This document shows positions 47,917 through 57,346 of a stretch of DNA of 64,000 nucleotides, piece by piece (within the stretch, counting starts at the first letter, position 1; each line of letters opens with the position of its first letter). Source of the DNA: Candidatus Obscuribacterales bacterium. Its GTDB lineage: Bacteria > Cyanobacteriota > Vampirovibrionia > Obscuribacterales > Obscuribacteraceae. The stretch lies in contig CBDDIJ010000002.1 in NCBI GenBank assembly GCA_965228855.1, forward strand, positions 2,304,001 through 2,368,000. The letters are read 5' to 3'. The notes beneath the pieces are model-generated. The model had not been told where the DNA came from. It was given only the letters and a program-made list of their open reading frames with translations, and made no database searches. The translations under genes were made by a program, and so were the position numbers.

Positions 47917-48795
47917 ATGCTTTCCACTTTCAAATATTTGAGTATTAAACCGAAACGTGCATCTGTAGCGCTTCTAGGCTGCCTCATTATTATCTGCGTT
48001 TCAATCGTGAGCCCGGGTGCAGCGATTGCTCAGGGAAGTGAATGGAGTGGAGTTACATCTGTAACTGGCAACTCGACGAATCCGAATTCAAAAAACGCGG
48101 GCGACGGAAATAAAACGGCTTCGCCTGCTGCCGCGAGCGGTTCCACTCCGGCGGGCGGCGGTTCACCGGATGCATCGACTACTCCTGGTAATTCTTCTGC
48201 GGAGCCGACCACACCTAAAGAGTCGAATGCTGTCCCTGTATGGGACGGGTCTGGAGCGAACCCAAACACTCCGACCGTCGCGCCAGCGGTCCCCGCGAAA
48301 GCTCCTGTTGGAGACGGACGCCCGCAAATTGCGCTTCAGATGCCGCCGCCGAAGCAACTCGCCTATATGCTTCGGATGAACGAACCAGCAGCGCGGTCCC
48401 GGATAAAAATCGCAACCGATCGGTGCCGCCAGCACCTGGCCAAAGCCGGCATGGATGCGAACATTGATGTTGATGACGCTATGGAACTCAGTAAGCCCGT
48501 TATCAACATCTATCTGAAAAGGAGCGTCGGCGACAACATTCTGGCTCACGGATTTTGTATGCAAGCCTTTTTGATGCAGTATCAAAGGAAGCCAAGCGGG
48601 CGGGTCGAACCCGTTCGCTGTGCCCGGATCGGCGAGTCTCCCGAGATTTATTCAGGTGCCGACTGGGAGGACAAAGTTGTAACTCTGGTTGATGCATATA
48701 TCAGTGCGCGCCACCACCAACTCAAGGCAGGCGCGAGTGGCAAAGCTGGCGCTGCCAAAGGCAAGCCTGGCTCTGCAAAAGGAAAGAAGAAGTAG
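47917..48795 (+). CDS. Secreted hypothetical protein
   Basis: From ATG 47917: signal peptide, S/T/P-rich linker, globular C-terminus, Lys-rich tail. The track extension to 47569 overlaps the opposite-strand gene. Confidence 0.6.
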   Translation: MLSTFKYLSIKPKRASVALLGCLIIICVSIVSPGAAIAQGSEWSGVTSVTGNSTNPNSKNAGDGNKTASPAAASGSTPAGGGSPDASTTPGNSSAEPTTPKESNAVPVWDGSGANPNTPTVAPAVPAKAPVGDGRPQIALQMPPPKQLAYMLRMNEPAARSRIKIATDRCRQHLAKAGMDANIDVDDAMELSKPVINIYLKRSVGDNILAHGFCMQAFLMQYQRKPSGRVEPVRCARIGESPEIYSGADWEDKVVTLVDAYISARHHQLKAGASGKAGAAKGKPGSAKGKKK

Positions 48796-48858
48796 ACTCG
48801 CGCTCTGGTAAAATGACTGCGTGGTTCATCTGAAGCCTGGAAGGGCTGTGGTAAGTTT

Positions 48859-49401
48859 ATGTCGACAAATATCGTTCTAACTGGTGTTGGCCGTGACCGC
48901 GTAGGTATCGTCGCCGAACTCTCGCAGGTGTTGTTTGAATTTGGTTGCAATCTTCTTGATTCGAGCATGACGCTTCTTCGGGGTGAGTTTGCCGTAATTT
49001 TGATGGCTCAACTTCCTGAAACGCACTCGCTGGACCAGTTAAAGGAGCGACTTGGTCACGCTGAAGGCGCGCTTGGGATGAACGTTTTCGTTCGTGAGCT
49101 ATCTGATGCCAGCCTCGACGAGGATGACGACGCCGGCTTGCCATTTATCTTATCGGTTTATGGTGGCGATAAGCCTGGTATCGTTGCTGGTATCACAAAG
49201 GAATTATCGCGAATTGGTGCAAATATCACAGATGTAGAAACGAAGAAGACCAAAGCCGAAAAACCGATCTTTATGATGATTCTAGAAATCACGCTTCCTG
49301 AGAGCGTTTCCGAGCAGCAGTTACGCGATCAATTGGGACGAGTTTCCAAAGAACTCGGCGTCGACTTGAGTATTCGAGCCATTGAGGTCGTGGAGCTTTA
49401 A
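48859..49401 (+). CDS. Tandem ACT-domain protein (GcvR-like)
   Basis: GRDRVGIVA...CNLLDSSM and GGDKPGIVA...ANITDV. Confidence 0.9.
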   Translation: MSTNIVLTGVGRDRVGIVAELSQVLFEFGCNLLDSSMTLLRGEFAVILMAQLPETHSLDQLKERLGHAEGALGMNVFVRELSDASLDEDDDAGLPFILSVYGGDKPGIVAGITKELSRIGANITDVETKKTKAEKPIFMMILEITLPESVSEQQLRDQLGRVSKELGVDLSIRAIEVVEL

Positions 49402-49402
49402 A

Positions 49403-49972
49403 ATGGCGATACTACCTGTCCTTGTCTATCCTGACCCCGAACTCAAAAAGGTTTCCGAACCCGTAGATTTCAATGAGGATTTGAGCGAAATTCTGAAAGA
49501 CCTTTTGGAAACTATGTATGATGCGCCGGGTTGTGTGGGTTTAGCCGCTCCACAGTGCGGAATTCACAAACGGATTTTAATCGTCGATGCCTCGAGAAAT
49601 CCAAAGGTGGAATCTAAGTATGGATTGATGGTTATCATCAATCCGATCATCGAGTATTCGGAAGGCGAAGTGTTGGCGCGCGAAGGTTGCCTCAGCCTGC
49701 CGGATTTGACTGCGAATGTGAAACGCGCGGAAAAGATCCGCGCGCGTTTTTGGAATGAGAATGGAGAGGAAAGAGAAATCGAGGTTTCGGATTTCGAGGC
49801 GAGAGTTGTACTGCACGAACTCGATCACCTCGATGGAATCTTATTCTTAGACCGCGTCTCATCGCTGAAGACAGATGTTTTCCGCCGAAAGCAGTACATG
49901 AAGAAAGAAGACAAAGCCAACGATAAGCCTCCAATTCCGCAGACGAATGCGCCGGAAGCGGCTGGCAGTTAG
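49403..49972 (+). CDS. def: Peptide deformylase
   Basis: CVGLAAPQ, EGCLS and HELDH motifs; ATG 49403. Confidence 0.95.
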   Translation: MAILPVLVYPDPELKKVSEPVDFNEDLSEILKDLLETMYDAPGCVGLAAPQCGIHKRILIVDASRNPKVESKYGLMVIINPIIEYSEGEVLAREGCLSLPDLTANVKRAEKIRARFWNENGEEREIEVSDFEARVVLHELDHLDGILFLDRVSSLKTDVFRRKQYMKKEDKANDKPPIPQTNAPEAAGS

Positions 49973-49979
49973 GAGTTCC

Positions 49980-50573
49980 TTATTTGCTGAGTGGTGGCAT
50001 AACGACACCGTCCAGTATGTGTATGATGCCATTGCTACAGGGAACATCGACTGTCTGAATCAAGGCTTCATCAGCATACATGTTGCCACCGCGCTCGCTT
50101 ATTGTTATCTCGTGACCTTCGAGCGTTTTGAATTTCTTGTTCTTCTTAAGCGCGTCTGAGTCGAACTTGCCTTCGACTACCGTGTATTCGAGCACCTGAC
50201 GCAGTTTCTTCTTATTCGCGAATAGCGACATCACATCTTCATCCGGCATGCGTTTAAAACCATGATCGCAGATCGCAAAAACCGTAAATGGTCCGTTGTT
50301 CTTCAGTTTCTTATCCAGGTCGAATGCTTGAACTAAGCCGTCGAGCAGTGTGACGAAGCGCGTAACCTCGTTGTCTTTAAGAGTGTTGATAATGTCCTTG
50401 GGCGCGCGCTCGAATCCCTCTTTATTCGAGTATCTCGTCGTTTTTGTCGCGGCGATGAGCAGGCGGTTATTTGCCGAAAAGCCTCGCTCCGATTTTGATT
50501 CGGCTGAGCCGACGCTGAATACAACAAATCCGGCTATTAGTATACCTGTGAAGACTCTATTGGGTTTAAACAT
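49980..50573 (-). CDS. Secreted fasciclin (FAS1) domain protein
   Basis: Signal peptide; GPFTVFA (H1) and DVPCSNGIIHILDGV (H2). Confidence 0.88.
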   Translation of the reverse strand: MFKPNRVFTGILIAGFVVFSVGSAESKSERGFSANNRLLIAATKTTRYSNKEGFERAPKDIINTLKDNEVTRFVTLLDGLVQAFDLDKKLKNNGPFTVFAICDHGFKRMPDEDVMSLFANKKKLRQVLEYTVVEGKFDSDALKKNKKFKTLEGHEITISERGGNMYADEALIQTVDVPCSNGIIHILDGVVMPPLSK

Positions 50574-50640
50574 GAGAAACTCCTTGACGGCTCGACCATT
50601 ACTTACCCAATCTGTGCGACTGTTAAATGATCGGTTTGTG

Positions 50641-51219
50641 TCAGGAGAGCAATTTTTCCAGTGTCATTGCAAAAGCGTCAAAAGGGCGCCCGTCGGACTC
50701 AAAGGATGCTAACTTGGCATATCCGAGTTTTTCGTGGGCATGAATTGAGCGTTGATTGCTTTGAGAAACTAGTGTGAGTGCTATGGCGTAATTGCTCAGC
50801 GCCTCCTGTTTTAACAAAGCATACATGTGCTGCATGATTCCCTGTCCTCTGAAATTTCTGGATATGCAGATTGGACCGCAGACAATCGCTTCCTTGGCTG
50901 ATATCGTTTTACCTTCCACGGTTTTCCCTTCAAGCACAGCTATCATGCGCGCTGCAAGCGGGTTGTTGCGAATGTTGTAATCGCAGGATTGTGCAAAAAG
51001 AACTCCTGCTGTTTCTGCTGATGAAACAGCGACAACTGTAATGCCATTCTCCGTCATCTCTCTGACTTCATCCAGAGAAAAGCGTACTGAGATGAATCCG
51101 TCTTTGACGTCTTCGTCTGCCAATGCTCCTCGGTAATTCTCATCGAGTAGCGTCAAGGCTCCATATAGGTCCTGGTCGGAAGCGATTCTATATAGTATTT
51201 CCAGCGCCTTTGAATCCAT
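50641..51219 (-). CDS. GNAT family N-acetyltransferase
   Basis: GPICISRNFRGQG...NQRSIHAHEKLGY. Confidence 0.85.
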   Translation of the reverse strand: MDSKALEILYRIASDQDLYGALTLLDENYRGALADEDVKDGFISVRFSLDEVREMTENGITVVAVSSAETAGVLFAQSCDYNIRNNPLAARMIAVLEGKTVEGKTISAKEAIVCGPICISRNFRGQGIMQHMYALLKQEALSNYAIALTLVSQSNQRSIHAHEKLGYAKLASFESDGRPFDAFAMTLEKLLS

Positions 51220-51256
51220 CAGACGTTCCTCTTAAATAAAAACCACTGGCGTACCT

Positions 51257-51913
51257 TCAACCGAACAATTTTCTTACTTCATCCAATTCCAGTTCTGTCC
51301 ACTCGCCTGGTGCGAGTTTTAAATCACCGAGAGTTAGTGAACCAATCGACCAGCGAACCAACCTCAAGGTCGGGTGACCCACCGCTGCTGTCATGCGACG
51401 CACCTGGCGGTTTTTACCTTCAGTGAGAGTCAAACTTATCCAGCTTGTTGGAATATTTTTTCTGATTCGGATAGGCACCGTTCGCGGTGGCAGGTCCGGC
51501 TCTCCACTTATCCGATGTGCACGACAGGGCTTCGTCTTTCTACCCTGCACTAACACGCCGCGCCGCAATTCATCTAGCGCTGCTTCGGTCGCTTCGTGGT
51601 CGACTTGAACCCAATAGGTCCGTTCATGCTCATTCTCCGGGTCGAGAAGAGCGTTGTTCAATCGCGTGTCATCGCTAAGTATGAGAAGACCTTCGCTATC
51701 GGAATCTAACCGGCCAACAGGATAGACGTCCTTGGGAAAGTCGAAGTTCGCAAGAGATTCTTGTTGATCGTTTTCCGGAGGCGTGAACTGCGTGACCACG
51801 TTAAACGGCTTAAAGAATGCCAGGTAAAGTCGTTCATCTGACGGTTCGAACTTTCTCGCCCGTTTATGTTTTTGTTCGAACGTCTTGCGTCCGCCTCGGC
51901 CGTATCTATTCAC
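51257..51913 (-). CDS. RsuA/RluE-family pseudouridine synthase
   Basis: YPVGRLDSDSEGLL, EGKNRQVRRMTAAVGHPTLRLVR; no S4 domain. Confidence 0.93.
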   Translation of the reverse strand: MNRYGRGGRKTFEQKHKRARKFEPSDERLYLAFFKPFNVVTQFTPPENDQQESLANFDFPKDVYPVGRLDSDSEGLLILSDDTRLNNALLDPENEHERTYWVQVDHEATEAALDELRRGVLVQGRKTKPCRAHRISGEPDLPPRTVPIRIRKNIPTSWISLTLTEGKNRQVRRMTAAVGHPTLRLVRWSIGSLTLGDLKLAPGEWTELELDEVRKLFG

Positions 51914-51915
51914 GA

Positions 51916-53127
51916 CTAATTCTCAACGCCATCGCCCGAGCCCTCCGCCTCTTGCTCACCAGGCTCGCCACTCTGGTTTCCAAATGCCAGAGCGGCGACT
52001 TCCGTGGCAATCTTGTACACCGGAGGCTTGCGTAAGTTGCACAGAGCGACAACGCAACTGTTTTTCTCCGGCAAAAGAATTATGGTTGAGGCGACACCAG
52101 GGACGCCACCATTCATTGAAACCGTTCTTGCATTACCGTAACGAGGAGCAATTTTCGAAGCCCACCCGAATGCCCACTTCGATGGTTCACCGGTGGTTAA
52201 TGGTGGACGTTCATACCAAAGGGTTTGATACGCCGACGTTGAAAGTACTTTTCTGCTCAAAAGCGCTTCAGCGTATTTCAGCATGTCATCCGAAGTGCTT
52301 TCAAGCATACCCGCGGAAAACTGCGCGGCTGGATTCATAAATGGTATAGGGTGTGGTGGTACGGACCCGTTATTGTCGCCGTACACCTGCGCGATCAGCC
52401 CCGATTGAGCCAGGGTGACTGTCGTACCGGTGGTGCTCATTCCGAAGGGAACAAGCATCGTTTCGCTCACATAATCCAGGTACGGTTTGCCGGTCACGCT
52501 CTCGATAACCGAACCAAGTAAACGATAACTGTAATTGGAATACAAATATTTAGAGCCGGGGTCGGAAACCAGCGGTGTGTGGACGAGTTGGTCAAACTGT
52601 TGAGCCCAGGGTCTCTGTTCGCCGATATTACTCGGAACACCAGCTACCATCGAAGCCAGCTGGCGAATGGTGAGCTTCTTATACTCAGCTCCCAGGTTTC
52701 GAAGGTATTTGTCGAGCGGATCGTCAAGTCCGATCAGTCCCTTGTCTACAAGAGAAAGAAGGCAGAACGCGGTAAATGTTTTGGTTACGGATGCGAGCCC
52801 GAAAACGGTTTGATTTGTTGCAGGACGTTGTTGCTCTACGTTTTGAAAACCGTAAGAGTTGTGGATGATCAGTCGCCCGTTTTTCACTACCGAGATGGCG
52901 TAGCCTGGAATGTTTTGCTCTTGCAGGCGTTGAACGACCAGGCTATCGATTTCGCGTCTTAGCGTTGCGTCATCATCACCGGTATTACCAGCAGTGCCTG
53001 CGGCGAATTGACCAGGCGCCTCAACAGTCCGACTGAAGTCCTGAGCCTGCGCCGCATCAGGCGAGCTGCAAGCAGCCGTTGCGATTAGCAACACCGCCGC
53101 CAGTCGAAAAACTCGTTGCCGCGACAT
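51916..53127 (-). CDS. Serine hydrolase, beta-lactamase class C family, exported
   Basis: ASVTK (SxxK), YSN motif, signal peptide. Confidence 0.88.
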   Translation of the reverse strand: MSRQRVFRLAAVLLIATAACSSPDAAQAQDFSRTVEAPGQFAAGTAGNTGDDDATLRREIDSLVVQRLQEQNIPGYAISVVKNGRLIIHNSYGFQNVEQQRPATNQTVFGLASVTKTFTAFCLLSLVDKGLIGLDDPLDKYLRNLGAEYKKLTIRQLASMVAGVPSNIGEQRPWAQQFDQLVHTPLVSDPGSKYLYSNYSYRLLGSVIESVTGKPYLDYVSETMLVPFGMSTTGTTVTLAQSGLIAQVYGDNNGSVPPHPIPFMNPAAQFSAGMLESTSDDMLKYAEALLSRKVLSTSAYQTLWYERPPLTTGEPSKWAFGWASKIAPRYGNARTVSMNGGVPGVASTIILLPEKNSCVVALCNLRKPPVYKIATEVAALAFGNQSGEPGEQEAEGSGDGVEN

Positions 53128-53213
53128 TGTGTGAAACCTCGTTGATACTCGATGCGACGCCCTTGCATGGCGTCGAACCTTGGACGGATTTCATTATCCC
53201 ATGAGATTAGCGA

Positions 53214-53555
53214 TTAGATATCAGTTTGCTTTTCTTCGGCATTATCGCGCAAAGAATTAGGTACGCCATATGGATTGGACGGAGGCTGCAACGCATCATT
53301 AAATCCTAAAGGCGACTCGGCTGTGCGTAGTCTCTTCGTGGCATTCGAAAGTGGAGGCGAGATTACTGTTTGTCTGGTCAGTTTCACGCACCACTGGCGG
53401 TGCAGCCGTTGTGCTTCTAAAATTCGTGGAGCCCAGGGAGCGAGGTGAGCCACACTGCTCAGATCGATTATTTCGATCGTTTCAGCCAACGAGTCGGCAA
53501 TCGAAGAACCGCTTTGCGGCTCAGTCTTTGATTGAGAGTCTCGAGTGGAAGGCAT
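53214..53555 (-). CDS. Possible orphan hypothetical protein
   Basis: 113-aa ORF filling a gap between same-strand genes; no motif recognised. Confidence 0.3.
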   Translation of the reverse strand: MPSTRDSQSKTEPQSGSSIADSLAETIEIIDLSSVAHLAPWAPRILEAQRLHRQWCVKLTRQTVISPPLSNATKRLRTAESPLGFNDALQPPSNPYGVPNSLRDNAEEKQTDI

Positions 53556-53813
53556 ATTTCAGTGTTTGACGAACCGTAGGCTGGACCGCACAATGCGGTC
53601 CAGAGTGGGCTCACCGTCCCCGTCAATTATATGCGGTGCGATTTGCACGCACCGCTTAAACTTCGTATGCATGTATCCTAAATTCGGATTGCATCGAAGT
53701 CAATGCAACAAAACATTTCTGAGAGAATGTTCGGGATGTGTATATGTTATCGTTTTGCGCGACATATTAATCCGATCTGTGATGTGCGTGCAGAAGCTAT
53801 CACGGTGTTGAAA

Positions 53814-56117
53814 TCAGTTTTTCCGAAGAAGGACCATCAAGTCTTTGCGATGGTCAGGCCAATCTGACCACAGATCCCCAATGCGGTTTAAACGCTCTGG
53901 TAATGTCGACATGGTGTGATGAATCGGCAACTCCGTCCCCAGTTCGTCCCATCTCAGCGGCGTTGATACCGCCTGCTCTTGCACGAGGCGTGGTGAGTAT
54001 GGTGCGATTAAGGTTTTCCCTTTGCAATTGGGACTTACATCTATAAGAATTTTTCGTTCTCGCTTGGCTGCGACCGGATCGAGTGAGACGCTATTGCTGT
54101 GCTTGTTGAGAACGAACTTACTAATAATCTCTGCGAGCACTCTGACCTCATCATGGTCCAAGGTATTCTCTATTGGAACAAAGACATGCAATCCATTGCG
54201 ACCTGATGTTTTCAAATAGGAGTGCAGAGAAACCGTTTCCAGCGCTTCTTTAAGCCATACTGCAGCTTCCGAGACTCTGAGAAATGCATCTTTCCTATAT
54301 AGACGTTTGTCCTTTTTCTCATCATCGAAGTGAAGGTCCAGATCGAAAACCATGAAGTCCGGTTTTTTGCCAGGATCCGCCAGGGTTAACCTCGATAGCC
54401 AGACGTGGTGCTCCATCACACCATGCTGTGAATACCACAATAAAGATGCGAAGTTGTTGCACATCGCCACTTCGGTGTCATCGTCGTTTTGTCTGTCTAC
54501 AAAACATGTTTCTACAAAGTCAGGAATCGGAAATTTCCAATGTTTCTGGTAGAAACTTTTGCCCTTGAGCCCATCCGGTGAGCGCACCACCGATAGTGGT
54601 CTATCTTGAAGATATCCAAGAGAATACGGTGCTGTAACCGCGATGTAGCGAAGAAAATCTCTCTTTGTGACTACCGGAAGACCAGCGGATGCAGGCCACA
54701 TTACTTTGTTGAGATGCGAAAACTCGATAGTATCTCCGTTAACGACTGCTTCCATTTTGTCGTCATTCTTCGTAGCCTCCAGCTGTGCAGCAACCGCTGC
54801 ACAAGCCGCTTTCTGTTCGCTGGAAACTTGTTTAAATGGAACAACTACGGCATCGTATATCGACTGTCTTTCGGCAACTCGCGGTTCTTTGCTTCGCGAT
54901 TTTGCTGCTGCTGTTTTATCCTTCTTTGATTTCGGCGCAGTTTTAGCAACTGCGCTGGTCCCGACCTTGGCAGATTTTTTACGTCCGGTTTTAACCGAGC
55001 CCTTCGGAAGCGCCGCGCCTTCGAGTGTCAGTGTCAGCTGCGTCGGTTTCGTTGGAACATATTTACCCGGATCTATTTGAACGATTGCCTGGGGGGCGCG
55101 CCTCACAAGGCGGACTTCCTCCGGACCTTTATCTTCTCGGACGCGAAGAAAAACAGGGGCTCGCAAATGATTATCGAAAGTCCAGTCCATGAACTTTATT
55201 TCAATCACGATCCGTGGATTCAGCCAGGTTACTTCCTTCTTTTCGTCAGGTCGTTTAATAAAGGGATGCTTTTCAATTTTGTGAGGCTCCATCCGGCGGC
55301 ACATATCTCTTAGGAGTCGCTCGTCGAAGCCGGTTCCTACACTTCCGCAGTAAACAAAATTGCCGTCATCGTCGTATGACCCGAGCAGCAAGGCACCGAA
55401 CGTGGAGGTTCGCCCTCCCTGACCTCTGGTGAATCCGCCCACGACAAATTCGTCTGTTTGTTGAGCCTTCACTTTTATCCATTGTGGTGAACGTCTGCCC
55501 GGTTCATAAAGACTGTCCAGGCTTTTGGCCACTATACCTTCGAAGCCGTTATCCACGCAGACTTCGTATGCTGCCATACCATCGTTCTCGAACGCTGTCA
55601 GGTGTCTGATGCGCTCCGACTCAAGCAGAATTTGTTTGAGTACCAATTTGCGGTTTGATAGCTTACAGGCAGTCAGATCAGTGCCGTCAACTTCCACGAT
55701 GTCGAACGCGAAGAAGAAGGCTGGAACAGTTTTCTCCGCACGTTCGATGTCAGCGCTGCGAATCAGGTTCATCCGTTGCTGCAGGTGTTGAAACGAGGGG
55801 CGACCAAGTTCATTCAAGGCGATAATTTCGCCGTCAATTATCGCGTCCCGAGAGCAGAGCTTCGAAATTTCGTTTGCGATCAGCGGATACTGTTTGGTTA
55901 TGTCGAGCGCTCGCCGGGAGTAGATTTTGCAGACGCCACCTCGGATAACGATGATAGCTCGCATTCCATCGAGTTTGGGCTCAAAAATCCAGCCTGCGCG
56001 CGCGAAATTATTCTCCGGCAAACTCGCCAACATCGGCGTGAATTTGTTTGCGGTGATAATCGAGCGTCGAGCACCAGGAATTTTTGAAGCGTCGAGCATT
56101 CCAGGAACCACTAGCAT
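53814..56117 (-). CDS. ligD: NHEJ DNA ligase D (ligase + AEP polymerase domains)
   Basis: EPKLDG, EGIVAK and GSVGTGF (ligase); FDLD, KTSGRNGLH and APYSPR (polymerase). ATG immediately follows the ku stop. Confidence 0.95.
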   Translation of the reverse strand: MLVVPGMLDASKIPGARRSIITANKFTPMLASLPENNFARAGWIFEPKLDGMRAIIVIRGGVCKIYSRRALDITKQYPLIANEISKLCSRDAIIDGEIIALNELGRPSFQHLQQRMNLIRSADIERAEKTVPAFFFAFDIVEVDGTDLTACKLSNRKLVLKQILLESERIRHLTAFENDGMAAYEVCVDNGFEGIVAKSLDSLYEPGRRSPQWIKVKAQQTDEFVVGGFTRGQGGRTSTFGALLLGSYDDDGNFVYCGSVGTGFDERLLRDMCRRMEPHKIEKHPFIKRPDEKKEVTWLNPRIVIEIKFMDWTFDNHLRAPVFLRVREDKGPEEVRLVRRAPQAIVQIDPGKYVPTKPTQLTLTLEGAALPKGSVKTGRKKSAKVGTSAVAKTAPKSKKDKTAAAKSRSKEPRVAERQSIYDAVVVPFKQVSSEQKAACAAVAAQLEATKNDDKMEAVVNGDTIEFSHLNKVMWPASAGLPVVTKRDFLRYIAVTAPYSLGYLQDRPLSVVRSPDGLKGKSFYQKHWKFPIPDFVETCFVDRQNDDDTEVAMCNNFASLLWYSQHGVMEHHVWLSRLTLADPGKKPDFMVFDLDLHFDDEKKDKRLYRKDAFLRVSEAAVWLKEALETVSLHSYLKTSGRNGLHVFVPIENTLDHDEVRVLAEIISKFVLNKHSNSVSLDPVAAKRERKILIDVSPNCKGKTLIAPYSPRLVQEQAVSTPLRWDELGTELPIHHTMSTLPERLNRIGDLWSDWPDHRKDLMVLLRKN

Positions 56118-56999
56118 CTACGAGCCGGTTTTGCGCTTTCTCGTGGTTTTCTTTTCGCTTGCCACTGCTGCTTCCGGTTCTTTCGAAACCTTTGCAGCTT
56201 TAGCAAGCGTGGGCATCGGCGCTGTTTTCTTCGCCTTGATGCTTTCCATACTGGCTTGCAGCGCATCCATCAAATCTATAACTTTGGCTGGTGCCGCCGA
56301 TGGTGCCTCGTGAACTTCCTTGCCTTCGAGTTTTGCTTCGATAACCGACATGAGCGCCTCTCGGTAACCATCTTTGTAGGACTCAGGCTCGAAGTCTGCG
56401 GCCATCAAATCAATCAAGCTTTCTGCCATCGCCAATTCTTTGTCTGAGACTTGAACGTCAGGCAATGCCTTATCCTTATCAACCCGGACTTCGTCCGGAT
56501 ATAAGAGCGTGCTCATCATAAGTGTTCCACCGTATCCGCGCAGGCAGCAGAGACGTTCCTTCGTTCGAATCGAAACCTTCGCGATCGCCACCATTCCTTT
56601 TTCATTCATAGCGCGCATGAACAGTGTAAAAGGTTTTTTCGCAGCCTCCTCAGGTTCGATGTAATAAGCCTTGTCGTAGTAGACGGGGTCAATGTCTTCT
56701 GCTGTGATAAATGAGGTTATTTCGATTGTGTTTTTGTTCGGTAGCGGCAAGTTGTCGAAATCTTCTTTCGTGAGAACGACATATTGCCCTTTCGAGTACT
56801 CGTAGCCTTTCTCGATTTCGTCATATTCTATTTTTCTGTCGCAGGTCGGGCAGAAACGTTGTTCTTTGACCCTGCCCTTGCAATCTTTATGCAGTTGGTT
56901 GAAATGGATATCCTTGTTGTCGGTTGCCGAGTAAAGTTTGACCGGAATGCTGACCATACCGAAGGTGATGATTCCGCTCCAAATAGCCCGTGCTGCCAT
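56118..56999 (-). CDS. ku: NHEJ Ku protein
   Basis: RAIWSGIITFGMVSIPVKLY, KGYEY and VIDLMDALQAS motifs; basic tail. Confidence 0.96.
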   Translation of the reverse strand: MAARAIWSGIITFGMVSIPVKLYSATDNKDIHFNQLHKDCKGRVKEQRFCPTCDRKIEYDEIEKGYEYSKGQYVVLTKEDFDNLPLPNKNTIEITSFITAEDIDPVYYDKAYYIEPEEAAKKPFTLFMRAMNEKGMVAIAKVSIRTKERLCCLRGYGGTLMMSTLLYPDEVRVDKDKALPDVQVSDKELAMAESLIDLMAADFEPESYKDGYREALMSVIEAKLEGKEVHEAPSAAPAKVIDLMDALQASMESIKAKKTAPMPTLAKAAKVSKEPEAAVASEKKTTRKRKTGS

Positions 57000-57346
57000 A
57001 AAATTTACCTTTCTGCTTAATGCTGATGATACTAAATGCGGTATCAGCGATCTGAAACCATCCAGAGGCTGATAATTGGCGCTGTTCCCGAGTTATAGCG
57101 ATATTCTTCCCATATAGCATCGACATTATTCAAATATGTCGGCTGGCGCTTGGAGCCATACGTGTGTATGTGGGGCGTCTCTGAGCCCATGTCTTCGTGA
57201 TGGCTTGATGTCCCTAGACTTCATGCAACCGGAGGGCACGTCACTTTTGTGTTTCAGGTGCCCGCAGCCGCAGACTATCGAAACGAAACGGAAAGAAGTA
57301 AACACCCATAATCGCTTGGTTGGCTACAGTCTATATTTAATGAGCT

